Origin: Felis catus
Lineage: Eukaryota
DNA length: 64,000 nucleotides
Assembly (NCBI RefSeq): GCF_018350175.1
Contig: NC_058368.1
Location: forward strand, 120,592,001-120,656,000
Direction: 5' to 3'
A model generated the notes under the pieces. The model searched no databases. It saw only the letters and a list, made by a program, of their open reading frames with translations, and was not told the DNA's origin. The translations under genes were made by a program, and so were the position numbers. Positions 11,661-23,690 of this stretch are shown here, piece after piece. Numbering within the stretch: position 1 is the stretch's first letter; every line of letters starts with the position of its first letter.

Positions 11661-12546
11661 GTGAGCCATGACCTCAATATCTATCCTGTTCCTATCCCTC
11701 CAGCACATCGGGAATGCTTCTCTATATGGGTTTACCCAAATCAAAAGTAACAATCCCAACCATCCATCAGTTAAGTAAGAGGAAATGTAGTATTTCATAT
11801 GAAAAGGAAATGTAATAAGACAATAATGTTCTGATGGAAGAGGTAGAAATAGAGTCACATCTTCCAGTGACCGTGGCACGCTATCAATGTTTCAGTGAAC
11901 TATCCCCTTCCTTGTCACTGCTACATAAAAATGTATATAAAAATAATCAAATGCAAACATAACTGAGAGTCAAAGACTTAGCCTTCAGAATACAGTCAAA
12001 GAAAGAGGGTCACAGGCTGGTGTTCTTGTGGTTAGGGTGACAGCCTTTCAGTCCCATAATCCCAGTCTGTTCTTTTCTTTGGGTAAGGTGTACATTTCCT
12101 GCAGAACTAAACAGCTGTTACTCATTGGCCAACTCAAGGATAGGGTACATTTGCTCTTCCAGGTGCATGCAAGCCCAGAGGGGGTATTGTAATCAGCTAC
12201 TGCGCTGGCCTGAAGGCATCAAGGAAAATCTAGAACTGGCTGCTTTCCTTCCAACATCAACTGTATGCAAACTGATATGGTGGGAATGGGAAATTAGCAT
12301 TAAAAAAGAGCACAGTTCTTTTTTCTTCTGCTGAAACATTAGTTTCTTTCTGTGATACCCACAGTCATTTCTTTGCTTAAAAGATCTGATTTATTTTTTT
12401 AGGGCAAAAAGTAATGGCGTGGATTTACCATCCTATAGGTTGGTAAAGGACAGAAGCCACACTGAAGTGCATACATATGTTCGTATGGTAAACCTTGAGT
12501 GTCTAACATAGGGGGAAATATATTCCAGGCAAACTGAAGGGCATAA

Positions 12547-12888
12547 TGTTAAAAAAAAAAAAAAAAAAGACTTAGTATCTACTTACAATTTCAGCCTCTC
12601 CCAGGAATGGAATCTTAAGCCTGGAATTACCTGATCAGTGCTAGTGAGGTAATCTCTTGATAGACTCCTGCCATCCCTGTCCCCTAAAGGAAGGTGACCT
12701 TGCCACAACCAATCTGCTTCTTGCTAGCTTAACTACCTTATCCCTTTCCATTCTGCCTATAAAAGTCTTTCATTTTGTATAGCAACTCAGCAACTTTCTG
12801 TCTGCTAGACGGAATGTTGCCTGATTCATGAATCACTAAATAAAGCCAATTAGATCTTTAAAATATACTCAGTTGAAGATTTTTAATA
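12547..12888 (+). mobile_element. ERV1-class solo LTR (MER34-family-like)
   Basis: Starts tgtt; cctataaaagtctttcattttgta, tgctagacggaatgttgcctgattcatgaatc, aataaagccaattagatctttaaa match the recalled MER34-type 3' part. Confidence 0.75.
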
Positions 12889-13108
12889 ATATGCAAATAT
12901 TATTGCATTAATTAATTATTGCAAATAATATTGCATATACCTGACTTCCTGTGGTGTTTTTTTTTTTTGTCTGCATCATAAAGGTTCTGGTGAAGAGTGT
13001 TGAAATAGGAGGCCAAGGGAGTGAACAAGGGCCAGTGCTTAAATCATGTAAAGAATTTTAGATTAAGTTACCTGGTCTAATCAAATCATCATATTAAGAG
13101 TATAGTAA

Positions 13109-13329
13109 GGGGGCACCTGGATGGCTCAGTCAGTTATGCATGTGACTTTGGCTCAGGTCATGATCTCACAGTCAGTGAGTTCGAGTCCACGTCAGGCTCT
13201 CTGCTGACAGCTCAGAGCCTGGAGCCTGCTTCAGATTCTGTGTCTCTGTCTCTCTCTGACCCTCCCCCACTTGCACCCTGTCTCTCTCTCTCAGTCTCTC
13301 AAAAATAAACATTAAAAAAAAAATTTAAA
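13109..13329 (+). mobile_element. CanSINE (SINEC_Fc2-like)
   Basis: Full head, body, CT tract and tail; TSD taagagtatagtaag / taagagtgcagtaag. Confidence 0.95.
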
Positions 13330-13544
13330 TAAGAGTGCAGTAAGAAGTTCAGCAAAGAGAAGAGGTTATCCCTCTCTGTGAGAATTGGACTAAGTTGCTA
13401 CAAGATGCTTGACCTCAGCTTTCTATATAGCTTCTCTCTTTCTTCACTGCAATCGAGGAAGAAATCTGAAAGGTACTGAGTCACCATCCATGTACCATAA
13501 AATGCTTGACGTTGCCCTAGTGAGATCACAAGGAAAGAATTTTC

Positions 13545-13910
13545 TATGGTAGACTGTGTTACTGTGCCCCCTCTTCCCTATAAATCCTCAACCATTGCCA
13601 TGTCTCCTTCGGTATCCAGGCATCTTTCATGATATTGAGCGTGGCCTTATGATATGCTTTGACTAGAAGAACGTGACTGATTTTGACATTCACCACATCA
13701 GAGGAAAAGAATTAAGAGGCATTGCTTGTTTCTACCAGCCCTATTGCTGAACTGGGTCTGTTCCTTTAGCTTGGTGCCTACAATGCAGAAATGGAAAAAC
13801 AGTGGAGCCAGGCCACAGCAGCTGATCCACAGTCACCAACATGTAATGTAAGAAATAAATTGGCATCATAAGTCATTAAGAATGTGGGACTGTGTATTAC
13901 TGCAGCAAGT
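13545..13910 (+). mobile_element. MaLR solo LTR (MLT1I/H-like)
   Basis: tatggtagactgtgttactgtgcccc...aagaggcattgcttgtttctaccagcc...gaaataaa...ttactgcagca. Confidence 0.6.
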
Positions 13911-14757
13911 GTGAGCTGTGTGAGCAAATGTGAGCTCTAGGAGAGATCTTTAGATTTTGCTGCTAACGACTCAGGTAAAAATCAAACAAGCCAAGCCAAA
14001 AAAGGAAACACCACCTTTGAGTAGGGTGGTTGTATATGCTTTGGGCTGAGTTTTCATCTCCATCCTGTGTGTCGACTCCTAAGATTTTGTAAAGGCTGCC
14101 TAGACGGTTACAACAAGAACGTTACAGTGGGCTCCATCTTCAACAGGGAACATTGGCATAATTCATTAGTAATGTCTGCGTTTAGCATGGAAAAGGCAGT
14201 GACACAGGTGACATGTTTGCTAGTCTAGAGCGTCAGTGTCTCCCACCCTTCCAGCCTTTGAAAGCAATAAATTTTCTGTTTTCCCCACTGTCCTCTGCCT
14301 TCCTCTGGATCCTTCTAAATATCCCTTGCCTCTCACTGGAGTCTCACAACTCTGGTTGTGGTAGCTGGTAGAGTGGTGGTAAATGATGCTGGCTTTTTTC
14401 CACCATCAGTAAAATAAAGGGTCAGCATAAACACTCATCCTTTTTCCTTGGATGACTGGCCCATGTGCTCTCCCCCTCTGATGACTCTTTCCTATACTTC
14501 TGAAAGAAGTGATCCATTTACTGACTGTAACCAGCTGACATAAAATACATGTAAGTCTTCACAGAGCAAAAGCAAGTATGGTTGGCTCCACAAAACCCTC
14601 TTTCTGCCAATCCTACTAGTTCACTCAGGGTTAGGCTGGGATATAAACTGTGGACCACGAACATGTTTCATGTAGTTATCAGGCATTAATTAGCACTGAG
14701 CATATGCCATATTCCTCACAAAAAGCCACCCTCCAACAAACTACTCTTACATTGTTA

Positions 14758-14776
14758 GAGCGCCATCTACAGGTCA
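14758..14776 (-). promoter_or_regulatory. CTCF core motif
   Basis: Minus strand reads TGACCTGTAGATGGCGCTC versus consensus TGGCCACCAGGGGGCGCTA; lies in non-repeat DNA with the CpG retained. Confidence 0.65.
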
Positions 14777-14869
14777 CTGTAACAAATACTGTTACCCAAG
14801 TCTCCCATTAGCTTGCTAAGAAGAGAGTGACATTACAAATTTAGAAAGGAAGTAATTTTTGCCCTGCAC

Positions 14870-15060
14870 CTCTATGTACTAGGGTGCTATTAGAGGAGAT
14901 TTAATGTTTTCTCTCACTTACCCATACAAGTGGTTATTTTTATTCCCATTTTAAAGATGAGAAAACTGGGCTCCGAGCATGAGTTATTTGCTCAACCAAG
15001 ACGCAGAGCTAGGATTTAAAACCAGGTCTTGTGACATCAGCCCTAAAGCACCTTCTACTA
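14870..15060 (-). mobile_element. MIR SINE
   Basis: tattcccattttaaagatgagaaaactgggctc...gcagagctaggatttaaaaccaggtct. Confidence 0.75.
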
Positions 15061-15864
15061 GTCAACACTCCCAACTCTTGATTTGATTCAATGCTCTTAT
15101 ATTTCAGGCAATTTTATTATTCCTCAAAAGAGTATGTCAACTTCAATGAAGTAAATGTGTCTGAGTAGCACTAAATGCATTTACTTAGAATGTTCCTAGC
15201 TCTACTGTTCCACATCTTTCTCCTCCATGGCATATGTGAACTAAATAAATTTTGTTGGATGAATACATGACTAAATGAATGAAATTGTTTTTCCCCCTCA
15301 CCTTCCTTTAACTCCTCTTCAACATTACACTCCTGCTATCTGCCTCCACCCTCCAAGTCAATGCCATGCTACACAGTCCATGCATTTTTAAGCATAAAGC
15401 AATTCAGAGTTAAAATTAATCAGGACATTCCCAATGTAAAGGAAGCTCTGTGCAAAACCATTTTTCTATAATAAAAAGTCATTCAATCCTCTGAGTAACT
15501 ACTTTCATCGGCTTTGTTAGGTTTGATTTTCTGATACTAGTTTATAATAACTGAGGTACGGCTATATATCTACAAATTAAGGCTCATTTTTGAGCAGCAT
15601 ACAGTTAAGTATCTTAAGCTCATTTTTTTCTAGGACATCGTGCATCATTTCAGTGGGAGTGTGAGCTCTATTAGGACAAGTACCAATTTTAAAATTATTT
15701 TATAATCCTCTAATTCCCACTACAATGTCTTCAGCTATCTTATTAAATGTTTATAACTGACCAAGGATCCCTCCCCATGTCTAGCTAGTCCTTTGAAAGA
15801 AATATTAATGAGCAATTAAATGTTAAAAAGGAACAAGAGAATGAAGAGTGTATCTTCCCAGAAT

Positions 15865-15980
15865 GTAATTATTGAGAGCCTACCATATTCCAGGAACCAC
15901 AGTGGGTGACAGGAGCACACAGTCTCTGGCCTCAAGGATATAGTCTAATGGGATAAACAGACAATTACAATGCAGTATTC
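15865..15980 (-). mobile_element. L2 3' fragment
   Basis: ttattgagagcctaccatattccagg...gcctcaaggatatagtctaatggg. Confidence 0.6.
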
Positions 15981-16839
15981 TGGGTCTTCAGAGGCCCAGG
16001 GGTATCCTATACTTTGAGGGAAGGCAAGTACGACTGACTGCAGAGGTCTCTAATTACAGAGCTTCCTCCTGAAGTGATGGTAAACGCTATAATGCAATTA
16101 TAATAAATATTATAATGCAATTACAATAAATGTGTGTTGAATTGAATTAAATCAAATCGCTGCCTTGCTCTCCAGAAACTCAAATGTGAACCATGAAAAT
16201 TGGATTTTTTTTTAATTCAGGCCTTCCCAATAAGTTGCCCATGGAGGTCTTCCAAAAGATTTTAACCCATAAAGTTCTTAAGAAACTTTATAAGAGTCTG
16301 TCTTATCGAAAGGGCCCTTTGATTTGCTGAATATGTCCTTATAGAAGCTTCTTTAGAATTTCCTCAGACACTTAAGGTAAAGGAATCCAAAAGCCTGGCA
16401 AATCTAGAACCTAATTTTTTTTTTTTTGCCAATGAATGACTTAAAGTTGGTAATGACAGCTAAATATGATGGATATTTTATGCAATTTGTACAAAATTAT
16501 GTCACATAAAACTGTGACCCCCACCAAAACCTATCTATACATTCTATTCTCTCAGACTAGGGGTATTTTCAGCCCCTTTCCTACCCTAAGTAAGTTCTTT
16601 AAAGGGGAGAGCCTGTGTCCTTTTTATTGACATACATTGGGTCCTGCCAAAGTGGAGACACAGAGTAGGCATCTTACATGTAACGGGATGAATGAGTACA
16701 CGCTAGCTGAATGCATGAAAATGATTTTAACTGACTATCCCTTGGAATGGCCTGAAGTTCTGTGGAATTTATCAACTTGTACATCTCTCCATCACCCTCC
16801 ATGCTGGGCAAATATATCTTCTTTTTAAATTAAACTTTC

Positions 16840-17450
16840 TGCTTTATTGGTTTCTCTCTTTTTTGTCATACAAATAAAATATGTTTTTATAGAAATGTTA
16901 GAAAATAAAAATGAGTAACATTTTAAAGATCAAAAAATCTGCCACCTAAAGTTAACCAATATTAATATTTTGTAAGATGTTTTTAAGGCTTTCATATGCA
17001 AATACACACTTTGAAAATATATTTTCCTGATGTATGTATTATTTCATGACTTGTATATGTACTACTTATAAATAGTAAATAAACATATTTCATGTCCTAA
17101 GTATTCATGAATATTCCCATCTGTAGTGGTTACAAAACAATCCATTTGTATATCTCAAAATGTATTTAGTCTGTACTTATTGTCAGACAGCTAGGTTGTT
17201 TCTAACTTTTTTCTATATTAAAAAACACTGTGAGAAAGGTCTTCATCCATACAACTTCTTTCACTCACGTGAGAATGCAAGGAAACCAGTAGAACTTCTG
17301 GGCCAAAGGGAGAGACCATTTTAAGGGCTCCTGAGGCCTAGGCCTAAATGTCTCTCTGGATCAGTCTTGAACAGCCCTGTGTCAATCCTAGGTATTATTG
17401 TTGTATAAGCCTATATGATGAGGAAAACATTTTTTTTAATATTCGTTTAT
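16840..17450 (-). mobile_element. Old L1 (L1ME-like) 3' relic
   Basis: gacagctaggttgtttctaactttttt...agtagaacttctgggccaaaggg. Confidence 0.5.
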
Positions 17451-17507
17451 ATTCTACATTTAATGAACAAGAACATGATTCTATAAACCCTGTCTAGGTG
17501 TACAAAA

Positions 17508-17753
17508 GCAGAATGTGTAATAGTTATGAAGTGAGTTCTCAAGTCAGATTACTTGATCTCCCATCCTGGTTTAGCCCTTCCCTAGTTCTATGCCTCCAGT
17601 AACTAAAATAAGTTCATTATGCTTCAGTTTCCTCATCTGGAAACAAGAAAATTAAAATCTCTCTTAGGGTTGTTTCTGACGATTCCATGAATTGATCCAT
17701 ACAATGGATTCAGAACAGCACCTGGCACTTGGAAGCATTCAGTAAGTGCTACT
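17508..17753 (+). mobile_element. MIR SINE, near full length
   Basis: gcttcagtttcctcatctggaaa...agaacagcacctggcac. Confidence 0.8.
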
Positions 17754-18122
17754 ACACATTCTCTCCTTCCTGGCAACACTGCTAAATTAATTTTTTAGCC
17801 TCCCTTGCAGTTAGGTATTCCTATGAGACTAATATCTGTAATGAACTGCTAAGTGTCACTTACTGGCTTGACCCGCATTTAAGACATGATTTTCATCCAT
17901 TTCCCAATCTGCTAGCTGAATAGAGACAACTCCAAGGACCTAGAGCTGGTAGAACCTCAGGATGGAGGGAGCCTGGATCTATGAATGACTGTACAGAACA
18001 AGAACCCTACCTCCACCAACCACAATGAACGATCAGTACAGCAGTGAGAGATACATCCATACTGTGTTGCATTTGAAATGGCTATTGCTCTTGTCATAGC
18101 AATTAGCCTTTCTAAACCAACA
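17754..18122 (+). mobile_element. MaLR LTR (MLT1J-like)
   Basis: agcctcccttgcagttagg...aggatggagggagcctggatctatgaatgactg. Confidence 0.7.
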
Positions 18123-18981
18123 GAGTTGCCTATCATGATTCTCTTATCAGGTACTATCTTTTTTAAAGAAGAGAGAATTTTGTTCTCAAAATATGAAGAA
18201 GAAATAGATGAAAGGAGTTCAGAATAAAACATTTTCTGCAGAGTCCACAACTTGACAATGCATGAATTCAAAGGTCATTTATTTATCTAGAATGTATTTT
18301 ACCTCATCTCTTTCTTATATCCCCCATTTGACTCCGGGCTACAGAGATTAATCTCAATAGAGCTAAGTAGGCTTACTCAACTTAAAAACACAGATACCTT
18401 GTATCCCCTCTTAGCTTCACTGGTGAGCACTGTTTTTCTTATATTTATTAAAACATTTGGACCATAAATTCCAAAGAAGTAGCTAAAAAAATCCAGGAGG
18501 AAACATACTTCAGGAAAAAAGAGAAATAGTCCAAAGAAAGGCTATTGCATTAAAAAAAAGAAGAAGAGAAGTAAAAATCCAACAACAATGAGAGAAACTT
18601 CCCTATAATGGTTCTAAAATGTCTAAAGCAAAGTCATACCAAACAGGAATATATATCAAAGTTTTTCTCTTGAGGACAACAAACATGAAAGAAAAATGCT
18701 CAATTTGGGGTATTGTTTATTTTACAAAAAAGTCGTTTGTTACCAAAGGAAGGGAAAGGAAAAAGGATACCAAGGATAATATAGACTATACATATACATA
18801 CACGTGTCATTTATGAGTATTGAGGCAAAAATTTATTGAAATATTAACCACACGATTTATTTTCTAGGTTAGAGCTTCTAGTTGAGACTAGCTGAAATAT
18901 TTTCCAGAGTATTGTGACTCTCAAGGGACTATAAGATATTAAAGAACACCATCAAATTTATCTTTCTAAATAGAGAACTAA

Positions 18982-19207
18982 GGGGTGCCTGGATGGCTCA
19001 GTCATTTGGGTGACTGACTCTTGATATTGGCTCAGGTCATGATCTCATGGTTCCTGAGTTTGAGCCCCAAGTTAGCCTCTGCACTGGTAGCGAGGAGCCT
19101 GCTTGGGATTCTGTCTCTTCCTCTCTCTCTCTCTCTTTCTGCTCCTCCCCCACTCTATCTCTCCCTCTCCGTCTCTCTCTCTCTCTCACAAAATAAACAA
19201 ACTTAAA
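18982..19207 (+). mobile_element. CanSINE (SINEC_Fc3-like)
   Basis: ggggtgcctggatggctcagtc...gactcttgatattggctcaggtcatgatctc...ggagcctgcttgggattct, CT tract, aataaa. Confidence 0.93.
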
Positions 19208-19882
19208 TATATTATATTAAATGTATATTTATAATATATAAACTTAAATACATATATATCACATTTACATCATGCTCTGCAATGTGTTTGGTGTATAGGA
19301 AGGCATTATCAGTGCCCCACCACCACCTCCCACCAACAGAAAATGAAATCCTGAAAGGTTAAAGGGCTTGTCCCAGGTTACCCAGATAAGGTTACCAGGC
19401 AGTGCAAACAATCACCTACTAAGTGATGTGTAGGCTTCAACTTTCATGTATGAATATTCTGAAAATGGTTGAAGGGACAGATGCGATCAAGTTAATCAAT
19501 GTTAACAGTTACAGATGTGCCTATGAGAGAAAAATGTATTTGAATTAAGCCCTGTTTAAAGCACAGAAAAGAACAACTGAATCACTTAATGAGCATTGGA
19601 TTAAAACCTAATCCAATAATTTCAGTAAAAATATCTGAAATACTCAAGGTTTACCAAGCCCCACTCTAAAAACTTACCATTTACAGAAAGAGTAAATAAA
19701 ACTAATTTTTACAATACTGAAGTGATTTATTAAGTGCCATTTACCTTTAAATAGCATGATTTAACCTCTACATGTTTTCCTGAGCAACAGCTATAGAACA
19801 TAGACTTATATGTTTAAATCTTATTTCTCACTTATTTTCATTATTCCATTTTAGATATAATTCTTTAGAAAAAGAACAACAG

Positions 19883-20102
19883 GGGGCGCCTGGGTGGCTC
19901 AGTCGGTTAAGCATCTGACTTGGCTCAGGTCATGATCTCGCGGTCCGTGAGTTCAAGCCCCGCGTCGGGCTCTGCGCTGACAATTCAGAGCCTGGAGCCT
20001 GCTTCCGATTCTGTGTCTCCCTCTCTCTCTGACCCTCCCCTGTTCATGCTCTGTCTTTCTGTCTCAAAAATAAATAAACATTAAAAAAAATTTAAAAAAA
20101 AA
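19883..20102 (+). mobile_element. Relatively young CanSINE (SINEC_Fc/Fc2)
   Basis: CpG-rich body; perfect 16-bp TSD agaaaaagaacaacag (19867-19882 / 20103-20118). Confidence 0.97.
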
Positions 20103-21129
20103 AGAAAAAGAACAACAGCTAAGAGACCTTTTTATAAAATCACACAGATATAAAAAAAAAACTTGTAAATGATCATGCATTTAAAAGGAAATTCTACTTT
20201 CTTGAAAATGTAGTGAGAATATTCCAAACAAAACACAAAGTAGGGATTCAGAGTGAGAACTGAAAGGCACTTCAACCTGTTTTGTTACTGTTGTATAATT
20301 TTTATGCTAAATTGAACACATACAAAACAAAACAAGTAAAGACAGAAATGTCTTTCAGTTTTCAATCAGTTTGGTAAATAGGCATTGATACCCTCTTTAT
20401 TAATAAGCATGCCAGCGGGAAACAGAATTCACCCCAGATGACTCAAATGAAGAAACTTTAATCAACCAATTACTTAGGGAGATGTCAACAGGACTAAGAG
20501 AATAAAAAAGGAATGCAGAGGCTAGGCCAAGTTTTCTTTCCCAAATCAGAACAAAAAAGAACGCAAACACTCAAAGGGTCAAGCCCACCATAGCTGTTTA
20601 GATTGACACCCAAATTTTGCTTTGATATCTTGGGAGACAAGCTTGATGAAAGATATAATCATTTATATGATCTCCCTCAATGTAATCATCATGATCATCC
20701 TCCTCATAAAAATATTTATTGTTTGTTGAATGTCAAAAGCCTGGCATAGTGCAGATTAATTGTTAGAATGATCAGTCTGGAGTTAGTTTGGGAGAAATGA
20801 AAGGAGAGAAAAGAGAAACCATGATCCCACAGGCAGGAGAAATCCCTAAGAAGTGAGAGAAATGGAAAAGAAATGGATAATCTGAGGACCAAGCCAGGGA
20901 CAGCCATCTAGAAAACGACCTGGTGAGGCCAAGAATCAGTGGAAGGAGGATCTTTGGATGTGATACATGACTGTAGCTGAAGGGTTGTAAAAGAGAAAAA
21001 ATGCAGGCAGATATATTTCTTAGGTTCTAAGCCCCTAGGAATAATGAGGTCATTGACAGCTAAGGGAAGAGAGAAGGATAGAGAGGTTAGAAATAAGAGT
21101 GAGGGAACAATGAAGCATTTCTGATCTCA

Positions 21130-21260
21130 CTGGCAGATACACATAGATTCAAGCTCTAGTTCAGCCCCTTACTTGTTGTGGGAAATTGGACAAGTCCCCA
21201 AGTCTTTGTTTCCTCGCCTAAAAGACTATGCTAATTTAGTGCCTTCCTCAAAGTGCCTCT
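21130..21260 (+). mobile_element. MIR 5' part (probably resumes about 21740-21790 after an L1 insertion)
   Basis: gattcaagctctagttcagccccttacttgttgtggg..ttggacaagtc...tttcctcgcctaaaa. Confidence 0.55.
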
Positions 21261-21262
21261 TT

Positions 21263-21286
21263 GATGATGATGATGATGATGATGAT
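21263..21286. repeat. (GAT)8 microsatellite
   Basis: Perfect GAT run. Confidence 0.95.
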
Positions 21287-21292
21287 GAAGAA

Positions 21293-21735
21293 CAGACTTT
21301 GTTTTTTCCAGCAGTTTTATGTTTACAAAACACTGAGGAGAAAGTACAGCCCAATATACCACCTCACTGTCCTGACAACTTCCCTTATTCACATCTTGTA
21401 TTAATGTGGTATATTTGTTAAAACAGATGAGCCACTGTGGATATATTTACTATCTAGTGAAGTGCATAGTTTATATTCTGTTCACTCTGTGCTATGTGAG
21501 TTTAGACAAGTGCCTAACATCCATCCACTGTTAGAATATTGCTCAGTATAGTTTCACCGCCCTAAAAATCTGTGCATCACCTCTTCATCCTCCCTCCACC
21601 CCAAACTGTTGATGACCAATGATCTGGTCTCCATAGTTTTGGCTTTTCAGAATATCATATAGTGGGAGTCATATGGTACATAGCCCTTCTGGATTGGTCT
21701 CTTTCACTCAGAAATACTCATTTAAGGTTTATACA
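21293..21735 (-). mobile_element. L1MC1/2-like 3' end
   Basis: agcagttttatgtttacaaaa...gtggtatatttgtta...tagtttcaccgccctaaaaatc...cagaatatcatatagtgggagtcata. Confidence 0.75.
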
Positions 21736-21899
21736 GTTAGTTTAATGGCTTGCAGACAATAAATACGACACAAGTGCCAGTTATTATTATTTTTAGCACT
21801 GTTATTATTTCATAAATGCTTCATTTTCCTAGGGTTTCAAAAAGGAGACCATGCATTTTTCTGGAGCCCTGTAGGTCCTGTTTGCTGGCCCCCCTGTTA

Positions 21900-22095
21900 T
21901 ATCTCCTCCCTTTCACTCCCAACCTTTCTGTAACATTTATTTCATTTCTTATTTTCTCAATCCCCTTCTCCCCTCTAAACTGACAGCTTTGTGAGAACAG
22001 GGACCACTTCTGTCTTGTCTACCTCTCCAACCCCAGCATTACCACAGTGCCTGGCAGGTGGCAGGAGTTCCATCAACCTCCACAAAGTGAATGAA
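21900..22095 (+). mobile_element. L2 3' end
   Basis: gtgagaacagggaccacttctgtcttgtc...acagtgcctggca...gtgaatgaa. Confidence 0.7.
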
Positions 22096-23313
22096 AGGTC
22101 AGCGTGGTGACCTGAACTGAAGAGACAAGAATATATAGTATCACAGCTTTGGAGAATGAATAGGAGGAAAGGGTGCTATGAGACCATGTTGTTCCCCCGG
22201 ACTAGGGCCATGGAGGAGGATTGGGGGCAGTCCGGCAGCTCTCTCACACAGGGTCCCAGTACTTGCCAAAGGGAGAGTATATTTAAATTATTCCCTAGTC
22301 TCAACTTGAGCATAGTAAATTTCTGTGTCGCTGGGATTTAGATAGCATACTGAATATGTTGGTCAAATATGTAAAATTTAATATCTAATCCTAAGTTTTT
22401 GAGATGGCTGTTACTTATCGAAGTCCAGCTCAGACAGGAGTGAACTTTACCCTAATTTTCCTCTGGAGGCAGAACAAATCTCCCTACCCACAGTTCTATC
22501 TGGAAAAAAAAATCAACACTGTACCTTATGAGTCTTCCTTAGGACTCACTCCAAACAGGAAAAAAGAAAATTGTTAACAAAAAGCAAGTGCCGTTTCTTC
22601 TCTGGCTCCTCTCCAAAATGTTCAAAGCGTGTCTTTTCATTCCTGTGTGTTTTTCTGTTTGTTCCATTTTTATTTTAAACTAATGATAATGATACTCCAC
22701 TGATGACGCTCTAGCAGAAAGGTTAAAGCAGAAACTTTCCTCTAAACCAAAATGTTCCTTTAACCCACTGGGAATTCTTAAGGCTAGATACTAGTATGTC
22801 CCGTAATTAAGCAATAATGAGCTTTCCACCATGATTTATTTCCATAGATTGCAAGTCAATGCTGAGAAGCTACAGTTTAAGTTATTGCAATGCCCAATGG
22901 TAAAAACTCCTAGAAATCCTCAGAGGTCGTTTTTGAATAAACCTGCATTTCAGCAAAAATAAAGTTAAATGAAGATATCCTTTTTATCTTTTCCTTCCAC
23001 CCAAAGTAAAGAAACGAGTCAGCAGGCAGATGCAAAGAGATACTCTAGGAAGGAGAGAGGGAGACGAGAAGAGAAAGAGAAAAAGCAGTAATGGGAAAAG
23101 CATCACTTTCTGTGAGGTCTTTGGGTAGTGTCTCTGGCTAGGTCTGCCCCTCTGAAGTCCAAAGCCCTTCTATTTCCATTCCTTGGGGTGCCTGCAGTTA
23201 ACTGAACAGGAAGAAAAAGAAAGAATGACAAGGTCAGAGGCCCTGATTAAGATACTTCTTAGCTGCCCTGAAGGATTAACGATAACTGCACAGGGCAGGG
23301 AAAAAAAAAAAAG

Positions 23314-23434
23314 AAGGAAGGAAGGAAGGAAGGAAGGAAGGAAGGAAGGAAGGAAGGAAGGAAGGAAGGAAAGAAAGGAAGGAAGGAAGGAAGGAAGGAA
23401 GGAAGGAAGGAAGGAAGGAAGGAAGGAAGGAAGG
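23314..23434. repeat. (AAGG)14 AAAGA (AAGG)15 tetranucleotide STR
   Basis: Direct reading; lies inside a purine-only tract at about 23297-23449. Confidence 0.97.
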
Positions 23435-23519
23435 AAGAAAAAGAAAGAGCGAGCCACTGTTCACTCATAAGAAACTGAGATTTAGCAGATTCAAGCAGCT
23501 CTTAAATCCAACAGTTAAC

Positions 23520-23690
23520 AGCACAAGCTTTGGAATGAGACCACTTACTAGCTGTGTAAACTTGGGCAGATCAATTAATCTCTCTGGGCCTCATTTTCTT
23601 CAACTGTAAAATGTGACTAAGGATTCCTCCTTTAATGGACTGTGTATGTCAATGTAGAAAGAACTCTGGTACTTAACACATTTCCACTTT
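23520..23690 (+). mobile_element. MIR SINE
   Basis: ccacttactagctgtgtaaacttgggcag...gggcctcattttcttcaactgtaaaatg. Confidence 0.8.

Noticed and set aside
15634..15660. Possible 27-nt + strand micro-exon (ttttttctag ... gtgagc)
   Set aside because: Weak donor context, no partner exons and unrecognised peptide
16088..16133. 23-bp tandem duplication tataatgcaattataataaatat / tataatgcaattacaataaatgt
   Set aside because: Two-copy local slippage with no spacers; not CRISPR-like
20415..20525. Possible ancient LTR fragment (ggaaacagaattcacccc..gaagaaactttaat)
   Set aside because: Too short and diverged to assign without a database search
23170..23470. ORFs with LPSF / KEGR repeats
   Set aside because: Translations of the (AAGG)n STR
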